Of a stretch of DNA of 64,000 nucleotides, positions 31,669 to 41,796 are shown piece after piece. Both the position numbers and the translations under genes were made by a program. The notes under the pieces are model-generated. The model saw only the letters and a list, made by a program, of their open reading frames with translations, was not told the DNA's origin and did no database searches. Where the stretch lies: NCBI GenBank assembly GCA_023205875.1, contig CP060757.1:248001-312000 (forward strand). Direction: 5' to 3'. The first letter of the stretch is position 1, and each line of letters begins with the position of its first letter. The DNA is from Chloropicon primus. Its lineage: Eukaryota.

Positions 31669-32239
31669 CTCTCAATCAATCCTTCTTCAGCACTCTCCAC
31701 GACCGACCATACCACAGCACAGCGCTGTCCTCTGCAGAGGAGGAGGAGCAACAGAGAAGAGCAATCCTCTCCCTCTCGAAGAACCAAAATAAAAAAAAAA
31801 CGTCTCGGTTTCGAGGACGACAACACGGACCAATCCTAAACCCCTGATCCGTCGTCCCTCCGCCCTTTACGATCGCCGGAGCCTTCTCCCTCACCGCGCG
31901 CGCTCCGCTCCTCTCCCTCTTGTGAAAAACTGAACGTAACGGCTCAACTTCGTAACGGCCATCTCATATCTGGTGTAAATGTTTTTACACTCTCCGCACG
32001 CGTTACGAGGGAAACGTGCTTTGCTAACAAGAGGGCGAGGGGGGGAAGGAAGGTGCTACGTTGTGGCCGAGGTTTGGCGACGCTTGCGGAGATTAGGGCT
32101 GACGGTCGAATCGGATTCGTATTTTACGTCTCGAGATCTTTCGAATGAGCCGACGTTAGAGGGATTTGGCGTCCGGAGCTCGTGGGGGTCGGTGGATGGA
32201 CCCACCGCCAGGGAGGAAGGGAGTGCAGAGCTGGTGGTG

Positions 32240-34681
32240 ATGGATGGTGTTTTGGCGGGGAAGGGGGGGGAGTGGTGGGTGGAGGTGGTGGCCACGGTGA
32301 GGTCTTGGCTTGGCCTCGTCGCGGGCTGGAAGGGGGCGGCGATGGAGCGGGGGAAGGGAGGAAGAGGCGTGGCGTCGTGGCCCGAGGGAGAGGAAGAGGA
32401 GGGGCTGGAGGCGAGTTCTTGGAGGAAGCGCGAGTTCTTGGAGGGACGCAGGGGCGAGGCTTACGGCTACGGCGGGGAGATCGATGCCATGAGGGCTGCG
32501 GAGTTCTCGAGGCTAAAAGGCACGGTGTACCTCGACCACGCCGGGGCCACGCTGTACTCGGAGGTGCAGCTCAGGAAGTGCCTTGGGAAGCTGGAGCGGA
32601 GCGTGTTTTCGAACCCTCACAGCGGGTCCTCGAAGGGCGGGGGGGGAAGCTTCGAGGCTGCCAGGGCAGCGACGCTGTCGATGTTCAACACAACGGGGGA
32701 GGACTACTACTGCGTTTTCACCTCTGGCGCCACGGCGAGCTTGAAGTTGGTCGGGGAGAGCTTTCCTTGGTCCGCGCAAAGCAGTTTCCTGTACACGAAA
32801 GACAATCACAACAGCGTCCTGGGGGTGCGGAACTACGCGCTCGACCAGGAATCCGAGGCCGCGGCGGTCTCGGTCAGTGCGGGGAGCGACGGCCGATTCG
32901 ACATCGACGCGCTCGGTCCCTTGTCTCGCCCCTCGAGCCCGGGCCGGGGGCGATCGAAACGACGGGGGGGCGGGGGGAAGTCCGTGAATCTGTTCGCTTT
33001 CCCGGCGGAGAGCAACTTTTCTGGCGTGAGGTACAACCTCGATGTCGTCAATGAGTTGCGGGGGAGGCGTTGCAGGATAGGCGGCAGGACGATCGGCGGC
33101 GGGCAGGAATGGTTTGTCCTCCTTGATGCCGCGAAGGCGTGCTGCACCAGCCCTCCAGACCTGTCGAAATACCCCGCCGACTTTGTCGCGATCTCGTTCT
33201 ACAAGATCTTTGGCTACCCGTCCGGCCTGGGTGCCCTCCTGATCAGAAAGGACTCGGCAAAGGTCCTCCAGAGAAAGTACTACGGTGGGGGCACCGTGAA
33301 AGTTTCCGTGGCGGAAGAAGATTACTTCAGGAGGAGAGACGAGGAGGACGGGTGGGAAGACGGAACGCTGCCGTTCCTGTCCCTCGAAGCAGTGCACGAG
33401 GGGTTCGAGCAAATCCGCAAGCTCTCGTTCCAGAAAATCGAAGACCACACCTCAGCGCTGACGGAGTACACGGCCCGAGAGATGGACGCAATGAGGCACT
33501 GCAACGGGGAAAGGGTTTGCGAGATCTATGGCCGGCACACGCCTGGGTCGAAGGACACGAAGGCCGCATTCGAGGTCGGGCAGGGTCCAGTCATCGCCTT
33601 CAATCTGATGAGGTCGGATTCCTCCTACGTCGGCTACAAGAAGGTGGAGACGCTGGGCGAGGCCCGTGGGATCGTGCTGCGAACGGGGTGCCATTGTAAC
33701 CCCGGGGCGTGCTCGGGCTTCCTGGGCCTCACCCCCGAGGAGACGAGGCTCAACTTCGAGAGCGGACACAGTTGCTGGGACGACAAGGATGTCATGAACG
33801 GAAAGCCGACGGGGGCTGTTCGGATATCTTTCGGGTACATGTCAACGTTCGAGGACGCAGACTCGTTTCTGGAGTTCCTTCGGGGCTGTTTCCTGGAGAG
33901 GCAAGAGCCGCTGTCGAGGGACCTGACTGGCGGTGCAAACGGCACGACCACCTCCACGACGACAGGCGAGCTTGCGTTGAGTGGAATTTTCGTGTACCCG
34001 ATCAAGTCGTGCCAAGGGTTCAGGGTCCGAGGCTCGTGGCCCGTGTCCGAGAGCGGCCTCTTCCTGGACAGGAGGTGGGCCATCGCCGACGAATCTGGAG
34101 CGATCCTAACGCAAAAGAAGGTGAGGGAAATGACCCAAGTATCCACGGATGTCGACGCCAGCAGAACAGAGCTCGTTCTGGATGCCCCCGGGATGGTGCC
34201 CCTAAAGGTTTCCATCGTCGGTGGCGCGGACTCGAGCGCCCTGAGGGAGCGGGCCGGGTCGTGGCTCTCCTCCTTTTTGGGAAGGAAGTGCCGTCTGCTT
34301 GAGACTTCTTGCGATGGAGGAAACTTCTCCAACCAGGGGGGGTGCCTGCTGGTGTCCGAGGAGAGCGTGAGGAACCTGCTCCCCGACGACGACCAGGAGG
34401 CCGTCTCGAAAGCGTGCATGCGGTTCCGCCCCAATTTCTTGGTGAAGGGGGGCGCGCCCTTCCAGGAGGAGTCCTGGACCAGGGTGTCGTTTGGGAAGGC
34501 CGTGGGCCTCGAGAAGGTGAGGGAATGCGGCCGGTGCGGAATGATAGGACGTGACCTTCTGGACAGCCTGAACAAGAAGAGAAAGAATTTGAATTTTGGC
34601 GTCTTGCTCAGCCTTTCAGGAGGTGGAGCCGCCGCCCCGCAAGCAGAGGTGGCCGAGGGATCCAGCGTTACCTTCTCTTGA
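32240..34681 (+). CDS. ABA3: Molybdenum cofactor sulfurase (NifS-like + MOSC); start uncertain
   Basis: VYLDHAGATLYS, SFYKIFGYPSGLG (PLP Lys), LRTGCHCNPG, IFVYPIKSC and RFRPNFLV. Confidence 0.95.
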   Translation: MDGVLAGKGGEWWVEVVATVRSWLGLVAGWKGAAMERGKGGRGVASWPEGEEEEGLEASSWRKREFLEGRRGEAYGYGGEIDAMRAAEFSRLKGTVYLDHAGATLYSEVQLRKCLGKLERSVFSNPHSGSSKGGGGSFEAARAATLSMFNTTGEDYYCVFTSGATASLKLVGESFPWSAQSSFLYTKDNHNSVLGVRNYALDQESEAAAVSVSAGSDGRFDIDALGPLSRPSSPGRGRSKRRGGGGKSVNLFAFPAESNFSGVRYNLDVVNELRGRRCRIGGRTIGGGQEWFVLLDAAKACCTSPPDLSKYPADFVAISFYKIFGYPSGLGALLIRKDSAKVLQRKYYGGGTVKVSVAEEDYFRRRDEEDGWEDGTLPFLSLEAVHEGFEQIRKLSFQKIEDHTSALTEYTAREMDAMRHCNGERVCEIYGRHTPGSKDTKAAFEVGQGPVIAFNLMRSDSSYVGYKKVETLGEARGIVLRTGCHCNPGACSGFLGLTPEETRLNFESGHSCWDDKDVMNGKPTGAVRISFGYMSTFEDADSFLEFLRGCFLERQEPLSRDLTGGANGTTTSTTTGELALSGIFVYPIKSCQGFRVRGSWPVSESGLFLDRRWAIADESGAILTQKKVREMTQVSTDVDASRTELVLDAPGMVPLKVSIVGGADSSALRERAGSWLSSFLGRKCRLLETSCDGGNFSNQGGCLLVSEESVRNLLPDDDQEAVSKACMRFRPNFLVKGGAPFQEESWTRVSFGKAVGLEKVRECGRCGMIGRDLLDSLNKKRKNLNFGVLLSLSGGGAAAPQAEVAEGSSVTFS

Positions 34682-35374
34682 AGCACGGGAGACTGATGTC
34701 GAGATAGTGGTTGGCCTCGCATGTTCAAATCTTTAAACTATTATAATCATCCATCATCGTGGGTCACTTCCCTCTTCTGTCAGTTTTATCCCTCCCAAGC
34801 CACTGCGACTCTCCTCCTTTCGACCACGACCCCAGGTGGTGGAGGCAAGAGACAGAGACTCAAGGAGAGACATCATCAAAGGCGAAGTCTTTGGACAGTG
34901 AAGGGCGGTGCCGGTGACCTTGAAGGCCAAAGGGGCTGAAAAGCAACCTCGCTCGGGACGTTTCCTTCATGTCCTCCTTCAAACAAAAATATTCTTGGAA
35001 AAAACTTCCCGTTGGCCAAACAATTTTTGAAATTCAAATTTTCCAAACGACAGGTTTTCAGAAAACCAAAGTCGGCGGAGGCCAAGGGACCAAGACGGAG
35101 GGTAAGTTGCGCAACAGGGGCGGCGGGGGGTGAGGTTTGGGACGAAGGGGGTTTCTCTAGACGTCACCGTCATCTTTTTTCGATTCCTTCGACTCCTTGG
35201 TTGAGGAATGAGGACGCCGAGTGAAGAATTGAGACACTGAAACGTGGGTTTGTTCTTGGTGCAGAGTTTTTGGTGAAGTTGGAAGCATAGAGCAGGCACA
35301 GGACGAGAGGTGCGGCAGTTTGAGGGGAAGGGAGCTAGGTACACATACGCAGGAAGACAGAGAGGGACGGCAAC

Positions 35375-36196
35375 ATGCAGCAGCTGAGCGCGACGGACAG
35401 TGGGTTGCTCTTCTACTGTGACTTGGAGAATATCTTGGACGGTCTGAAGGACTTTTCGAGGCCGAGGCAAGACAGCCAGGAGGGCGAGGAGCTCAGCGAG
35501 GACGGCGGAAGCGGCGAGACGAGCATGTGCTACGTGAGTTTAGAAGAGGCAAGGAGCAGCAACCGAATGGCGTTGGCTGCGCTCAAGGCCAAGAACAAGG
35601 TGGTGGAGGAGCTGAGCCTGGAGGCTGTGATACTGAGGGAGGACCTTATGAGGGAGCGGGTGCTTCGCCGAGCAGCCGAGGCAGCGGACGAGGACCAGAG
35701 CTTTTTGCGTGAGCAGATGGAAACGATCTTGAAGGAGAAGGCCAGGCTTGCACAGGAGAACGCCAGGCTCGTGAGGGAGGGGCGGACGATGGCCAAGGAG
35801 CTGGAGATACTGGGCGTGCAGCTCGAGAAGGCGGCGTCCATGCCGAAGAGGGTGAAGGAGGTGGAGAAAAAGTTGAAAAACGCAAAGACTGCGCGGACAG
35901 AAGCAGAGGAAAGGGCAGAGTCGCTAGAAAGCGAGCTCCAGAAAGCGAAGCAAACGATTCTTTCCCTTCAGCAGAAGATGGACGACGAGCGAGAGAACTG
36001 GAAAACGCAGGAAAGGGCTCTGCTGAACTACGCCTCGAAGCAAAAGATGTTCCAGGCGGACATGGACGACTCGAAGCAAGGCTTGGCGATGGTCACGCAC
36101 TCCAAGGTCTTGGGAGCGGGAGGAAAATCGAAGAGGGTTATCTTGGCGGAGCTGGAGGACATGTCCGTGAGCACGCCGCCTGAGCGCGAGCGTTGA
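35375..36196 (+). CDS. Coiled-coil protein of unknown function
   Basis: 273-aa ORF with heptad pattern. EQMETILKEKARLAQENARL resembles a plant coiled-coil family motif. Confidence 0.7.
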   Translation: MQQLSATDSGLLFYCDLENILDGLKDFSRPRQDSQEGEELSEDGGSGETSMCYVSLEEARSSNRMALAALKAKNKVVEELSLEAVILREDLMRERVLRRAAEAADEDQSFLREQMETILKEKARLAQENARLVREGRTMAKELEILGVQLEKAASMPKRVKEVEKKLKNAKTARTEAEERAESLESELQKAKQTILSLQQKMDDERENWKTQERALLNYASKQKMFQADMDDSKQGLAMVTHSKVLGAGGKSKRVILAELEDMSVSTPPERER

Positions 36197-36307
36197 CCCC
36201 CTCACTCACCACGCGTGGATTGTTGCCAGAGAATAAGTCACAGCAGCTAGGGGATAAAGCTTTTTTCTTTTATGGTACACTACTGCACAAATACACAAAC
36301 GTTTTAC

Positions 36308-37672
36308 TCAAACAAAAGACTTGATGACGTCCCTGTCTCCCTCGACGAACGTGATGTACTTCTCGAACGCCAGCCTTCTCAGCAAAGCTCTTTCCGCACT
36401 GAAGCTGTGCGTGCGATTCTGGTACTGCCGGTTGGATTTCCAATAGTGGTAAGCACGGCCGTCATTGATGCCACTGAAGCCATAGGCAGTGACGCTCTCG
36501 CACAACTGAATCATCAGGAAAACTGCCACGAGCCCAGAACTCGGGGTGTCCCTGCCTTCCAGCAAAGCAGCTGTGAGCTCATCCTCGCCCGAGGCCTCGA
36601 GCAAGTCCCGGTAAGGGCTGAGAAGCCGGGACCTCACCATCGAGACAACTCTGGACGAGACGAGTCTCACGTTGATGTCGCCCCTGGCTCGAGCTGAGAC
36701 CCCTCTCACGAGCCTCAAGTAGTCGTCCGCATTGGTTCGCGTCACGTAGAAAGTTAAGTTCCTTTCGGCCGGTGTCGTGGTCGTTCCGCCCTGCCTCCGG
36801 TGGCTAAGGTCAGCCTTGGCGTAAGTCTTGCTCCACAGGTTGTTTATCAGCCTGATGGTGGTTTTGCCACCAACGCTGGTTCTGGGAACGGTAGGGGCTT
36901 GGTTGATTCTGACAACGACCTCGTGAGCGTCGATGGTTTTGCCCATTCGAGTCCCCTGTAAGCTTCCACCGCTCGCCACAACCGCACAGTCCCCTCTCCT
37001 TTGACTGCTGAGGGCTTGGGAGGCATTCGCTGGAAGGGGCTCACCGCCACCATTCCCTGCTTCCAAGAGCTCCAACAGCGTCTTTCCAGAATCATTCTTG
37101 ATTGATTGCCCGAGCCTCTTGAGGTTCTCGCGGTGCACGAACACCAAGTCTCGCATCTCGTCCTCGTTCAGCTTCACCTGGACCTTGTCGTCATCCAGAG
37201 ATGGCAATCGCTCGGCCGGGAAAAGTGGCTCGGATCTTCTCCGACGCCTCCAGCACCTCTCCACTCCGGACTGAAACTCTTTGTTGCTCATTCCTTTCGG
37301 TCTCGCCGAGCGTATCAGGTAAACGCCTCTCTCCTCTGCCACTTTCGCCGGAAGGCAAGGCTGGAAGACGTCCGTCTTTGCCTTGTAGCCCTCTGGCTTC
37401 TCCGCGCCATCGTCCCTTGGGGTCAACACTTGCGAACGGCTTTCGCGTGGACTGCCCAGGATCCGTGGCACCCCTTCCCCTTCCCCTTCCCCTGCGTGGT
37501 GTCCAAGTCCAGGCCTCTGCACGACAGGGCCACCGAGGGACCTGACACCAGCGTGGGCCTTGAAGGTCAGCAAAGCGCATGAGGCCAGCAAGAGGAAAAA
37601 GGCGACTTTGACTATCAAGCTCCCGACTTTTTTCCTTCTCGCTTCCCCAGGCCCTCGCTTTCGACGAATCAT
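36308..37672 (-). CDS. GT29 sialyltransferase-like type II membrane glycosyltransferase
   Basis: N-terminal TM, then sialylmotifs L (CAVVASGGSL..IDAHEVVVRINQAP), S (PSSGLVAV..CESVTAYGF), III (YHYW) and VS (HSFSAE). Confidence 0.9.
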   Translation of the reverse strand: MIRRKRGPGEARRKKVGSLIVKVAFFLLLASCALLTFKAHAGVRSLGGPVVQRPGLGHHAGEGEGEGVPRILGSPRESRSQVLTPRDDGAEKPEGYKAKTDVFQPCLPAKVAEERGVYLIRSARPKGMSNKEFQSGVERCWRRRRRSEPLFPAERLPSLDDDKVQVKLNEDEMRDLVFVHRENLKRLGQSIKNDSGKTLLELLEAGNGGGEPLPANASQALSSQRRGDCAVVASGGSLQGTRMGKTIDAHEVVVRINQAPTVPRTSVGGKTTIRLINNLWSKTYAKADLSHRRQGGTTTTPAERNLTFYVTRTNADDYLRLVRGVSARARGDINVRLVSSRVVSMVRSRLLSPYRDLLEASGEDELTAALLEGRDTPSSGLVAVFLMIQLCESVTAYGFSGINDGRAYHYWKSNRQYQNRTHSFSAERALLRRLAFEKYITFVEGDRDVIKSFV

Positions 37673-38019
37673 TCTCTCCCCGCGTCAATCCATCCTCCTC
37701 CTCTCCCCAAAACAATCAAACACAACTGCAAGAGAACGTGAGTGAGTGAGTGAGTGAGTGGATCCTGCACTGGACACCTCCAATGCAAACCCTTTCCACA
37801 CAATCCAACCCAATCTTCCCCCCTCTCTCTCTGTCTCTCTCTGTCTCTCTCGCGCCACCTTTGGACAAAGGCACTCCAAACCGGTTACCGTTGAGGGAAA
37901 AAATTCAAAAAAAATTGTGACAGCTGAGGAGGGGAACGAAGAAAGCTGAGGCAGAGAGAAAGCTGAGGCAGAGAGAGAGAGAGCAAGACGAGAGCAAGAC
38001 GAGAGCAAGACGAGGCAAG

Positions 38020-38754
38020 ATGACGATGGGAACGACGTATCATAGGACTCCAATGAAGGGCGGGAAGGATTCCACAAAGAAGCCCAACTGTGCTGGAAAA
38101 AGCACGGCGAAGAGGTAAGCGTGTTGTTGTTGTTGCTGTTGTCCTTCGTCCTCGAGGAGGAGCTTCTTTCGTCTCTTGGGGGGGTTCTAACGATTTTGAA
38201 ACGACGCCGTGGTGTTTTGTTGGTTCCGTTTTGCCAGGTTGAAGAACGGGAAGGGGAAGTCCAAAGCTCTAACGAAGTCCAGTCTGGCCACTGAGCTGTT
38301 CAAGTCTCCCACGGCGACTCCGGTGAAGACGCCCAAGCGGGAGGGAGCGGGCGGCAGGAGGTCGAAATCGACCGAAAAGGCGAGAAAGGCGATCGACTTC
38401 ATGGAATATTTGGAGGAGGGAATGATTTTGAGTCCAAAGCAAAAACAAGTCGTCTTCGCTTCCAACAAGGTCACAGAGCTGAGAACGAAGAAGCAGACAA
38501 AGTCAGCCAGGCGCAAGTCGCTCAAGAGATCCAAGTTCTCCGGCACGCCAAAGAAGAGGGCGACGACCAGCAGGCTGAACATGGCGCCGAGGACGCCGGC
38601 CAAGGAGCCCAAGCCACAGGAGCCACTGAAGAGCTCGAGGAAGGACCAGGCCGAGAACCAGCCGCAAGGCCTCCTGAGGCTCTTTGCAATCATCACCCCT
38701 GTGATTACCCTCGCCCTCGCAGGAACGAGGAAGCTCGCCTTGAGGGGCGCCTGA
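38020..38754 (+). CDS. Basic Lys-rich hypothetical protein with a C-terminal hydrophobic segment (exons 38020-38114, 38238-38754)
   Basis: Phase-2 intron GTAAGC..TTGCCAG keeps the frame. Many (S/T)PxK sites. TGTAA at 38804-38808. Confidence 0.65.
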
Positions 38755-38849
38755 AGCACAAGTTTTCCGTCATGTCGTGGGACAACACGAATCTCCAGGA
38801 GATTGTAAAACAAGATATCGATAAATACATTAATGTCAAGAAGACTGAA

Positions 38850-39941
38850 TCATTTGAACTTGACCGTGAGTTTGTGAGACTGGCTGTACTTGGCGACAAA
38901 GTTCAGTCCCTCCAAAGGAACGCCGCTCAGCGGAACGACGTAGTCACTCAAGTTTGGGCCCGAAAAGACCAGAGCTGATGCTGCGGTATCAAGGTGAACC
39001 TCGACATTTTTGACGTCCACGCCGGGAGTCAGCTCCGCGACGACTTTCGTCGGCACACCCTTCTTCGCCTTCAACTCGTGGCTCAAGATAAGTGCGCCAC
39101 CACTCTCGGTCTTCGCCGGGCGCTCCCTCGTCGTCGTTGAGACTTCTTCGATGAGCGGCTTCCCCCGGGCCCTCTCCTTTCCTGCGGCAGGCGCAGGGCT
39201 CGCCTTTCCACCACCCATCTCGGCAATCTGACTCAAGACACTCTCCGGCAGATCGCTGGCCGACGTGCCCTGGGCAGCTTCCCGGTTCCTGAAGCTTTTG
39301 TTCTTCAGCACAAGCACCCTCGTCTCCTTCTCGAGGGTCAAGCCTAAGGAGTCCCCGGTCCACCTCGTCAGACCGTCCACGAAGGCGTCCAGGTTCGTGC
39401 CCCCCGGGCTTGCGGTGCCTGCCCCACCCCCGGGGCACTCGCTGGACAAGACGCTCAGGTGCTTGAGAACGAGGGAAGGGGCCCGGACGTCCACAACTTT
39501 GTAGCCGCCATCCGCGCGAGGCAGACCCTGCACGTACCTCTCCTGTCGCACCTTTCTCTTGACCTCGAGCAGTTTGTCGAGCCTCTTCATTAGGTTGACC
39601 CAGGTTTCCTCCCCCTCCCCCCTCCTTGACTCAGCTGTCTGCCCCTCGAACACCAGAAGAGCGGCAGGTTTCCCGCCGCTCTTGCCCAAGACAATGATCA
39701 CGGGGTGCTCCTCGCTCGAGCTCATCTGACCTCGCGCCCCGCTCTCGGCCGACGCGGGGTTCTCCGTCACGCCCACGCCCGCGGCATCCGCCTGCTTCTT
39801 CAGAAAGTTCTGATACTCCTTTGGATCTTTTTCGGCCAGCTCGTCCAGGAACTTCCAGAGACGCTCGGCGTGGCCCTTGAGGTTCTCCTTCCCGCCATCC
39901 TTCCCACCAAGCTGGCTCAAGAGCTTCGTGATGTCGTCCAT
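38850..39941 (-). CDS. PIH1D2: PIH1D2-like co-chaperone (PIH family, C-terminal CS domain)
   Basis: LWKFLDELAEKDPKEYQNFLKKQ (cf. PIH1D2 FWNLLDDLAQSDPEGYEKFIQQQ), KPLIEEVS, and a CS-like C-terminus ..AKYSQSHKLTVKFK. Confidence 0.75.
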   Translation of the reverse strand: MDDITKLLSQLGGKDGGKENLKGHAERLWKFLDELAEKDPKEYQNFLKKQADAAGVGVTENPASAESGARGQMSSSEEHPVIIVLGKSGGKPAALLVFEGQTAESRRGEGEETWVNLMKRLDKLLEVKRKVRQERYVQGLPRADGGYKVVDVRAPSLVLKHLSVLSSECPGGGAGTASPGGTNLDAFVDGLTRWTGDSLGLTLEKETRVLVLKNKSFRNREAAQGTSASDLPESVLSQIAEMGGGKASPAPAAGKERARGKPLIEEVSTTTRERPAKTESGGALILSHELKAKKGVPTKVVAELTPGVDVKNVEVHLDTAASALVFSGPNLSDYVVPLSGVPLEGLNFVAKYSQSHKLTVKFK

Positions 39942-39982
39942 CGGTGCCCTCAGTCCTTGGATTGGATTGGGGTCCCCAAGCC

Positions 39983-40583
39983 TCACTCTCCTTTCGTGGT
40001 GGTGTCACTCCCTGGCGTCTTTATGAACTCCAGAAAAGCCTCCCTCTTCGCCTCCTGCTCGACGATCTTCTCCGCTTCGATCTGCGTCACCTTTTCATAA
40101 AACCCCGTCTTGATCATGAAAAACTCGATACCGGCTCCAAACTATCGACGACGAAACGCAAAGAGTCAGACAAAACCAATCCATGAACGAGAGACGAGGG
40201 CGGAAAAAAAACACCAGATCCAGTCCATTCGCGGAAAAGAGAGACTCGGGCGTGTCACGAGAAACTCGCGTGTCCAGCGACGACCTCAAGGACTAAACGC
40301 CACGCCCACCGTCATCTACTCCTTCGCATCCCATCCGTACGCATCCATCCATCCATCCAACCAACCAACCCATGGATGGGATCGATCTTTTGCTTTGGAG
40401 GAGAACGCTGTCCCTGACGCTGACGCGACGTTCGTCAAGGTGGGAGGAGGAGAAGAAAGTGGAAAGACACGAGGATGGTCTCGCCGCGTTCTGTTCGGTT
40501 CGTTCACTCACCGCGAAGCAGAACGGCACCAGCTTGGCGTAGAACTTGTAGTCGCGAAGGCTGAGCTCCTTCACCCCACGCAT
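39983..40583 (-). CDS. 76-aa small membrane protein, UQCC5/SMIM4 (UPF0640)-like (exons 40583-40512, 40141-39983)
   Basis: Spliced product MRGVKELSLRDYKFYAKLVPFCFA|FGAGIEFFMIKTGFYEKVTQIEAEK..KGE*. Phase-0 intron GTGAGT..CTGAC..TAG. GAxxExFMIKTGFY family motif. Not called as a gene in the ORF track. Confidence 0.8.
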
Positions 40584-40832
40584 CGCTCGCCCGATCGATC
40601 GTGGATTCTGCGGAGCTGAAAAAAAGGTTTCAGCTCCTCGTAACTGACGTCGACGAGAGGTGAAGTGAGGGTGTGAGTGAGGTTGCGCCAAGGGGAGAGA
40701 TTGGGAGGGAGAGTGGGGCGGTTCGAAAGCGCTTGTCGAGGACTTTCCGGCAATACCGAACTCGGCCAGGTTTGCTTCTTCCTTCGAGAGGGAGACTTGC
40801 TTTTGCAGTGTCATTAGAGTGATTTGAGTTCG

Positions 40833-41738
40833 ATGGCGGACAAGAAGGGTTTGCTGATGATGGAAGCACCGCAGCAGCAAGAGGCCGTGGTGGGTCAGGA
40901 GTACGCGTACGGGTCCGCACAGGTTGCCGTGGATCCGCCCCCGAGCGCCGCACAGTTTTGCTGTCCGAGTCCGCTGTCTTGCTTCCTCAGCCTGTGCTGC
41001 CCCTTTGCGTGGCTGGGGTCGTGCCGCGTCGTGTCGGAGAAAGAGGGGGCTCTCTTGCTCACTTGGGGAAAGTACACCTCCGTCGTGAAGGAGCCCGGCA
41101 TCTACATCCTTAATCCCTGCGGAACGACGTTGTCGAAAGTCTCCACCAAGCAGCAGACCACCGACCTGCCCAACGTGAAACTTTTGGATCTGAAGGGCAA
41201 CCCGGTGGTGGTCTCCGGAGTCGTCTTTTGGTCGATCGTGGGCGTGAAAGCTTCGGTACTCAACGTCGAGAACGTGTACCGCTACGTTAACACCACGGCG
41301 ATGGCCACGCTGAAACAAGTCGTGTCCAAGTACCCATACGAAGCGGACGAGGAGGGCGATGCTCCCTCCGGAGGGCGCAGCACGAGGCACGGGCTTTCTC
41401 TCAAGACAGAGGCGGCCCAAGTCTCGAAGGAGCTGAAGGACGTGCTGCAGGACCGGCTCGCTCACGCCGGAGTCAAGGTCCTTGCCTTCAACCTGACTGA
41501 CTTGTCCTACGCGCCGGAGATCGCCCAAGCGATGCTGGTCAGGCAGCAGGCCGAAGCGATGGTGAAGGCTAGGCGTTTGATCGTGAAGGGGGCCGTCGAC
41601 ATCTCCGAGGATGCAGTGACGCAGCTGGACAACAAAGGCGTGAAGATGAGCGAGGCCGAGAAAACGAAAGTGGTCACGAACTTGCTCACCGTCATCTGCG
41701 GAGACCAGAAGGCCACGCCCACGCTCTCCATTGGGTAG
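40833..41738 (+). CDS. SPFH/band-7 domain protein, paralogue 1 (intronless CDS)
   Basis: DLKGNPVVVSGVVFW..LSYAPEIAQAMLVRQQAEA..IVKGAV..VTNLLTVICG, with a Cys-rich N-terminal hydrophobic patch. Confidence 0.9.
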   Translation: MADKKGLLMMEAPQQQEAVVGQEYAYGSAQVAVDPPPSAAQFCCPSPLSCFLSLCCPFAWLGSCRVVSEKEGALLLTWGKYTSVVKEPGIYILNPCGTTLSKVSTKQQTTDLPNVKLLDLKGNPVVVSGVVFWSIVGVKASVLNVENVYRYVNTTAMATLKQVVSKYPYEADEEGDAPSGGRSTRHGLSLKTEAAQVSKELKDVLQDRLAHAGVKVLAFNLTDLSYAPEIAQAMLVRQQAEAMVKARRLIVKGAVDISEDAVTQLDNKGVKMSEAEKTKVVTNLLTVICGDQKATPTLSIG

Positions 41739-41796
41739 ATCGAGCAAACGCCAAGGACCTCCTTTCTGTTTCTGTTTTTGATACTTGTAGTACAAC

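Noticed and set aside
34981..35070. Clustered A/T tracts (also 9085-9215)
   Set aside because: Most simply AT-rich promoter or nucleosome-depleted DNA. Too short to indicate foreign DNA.
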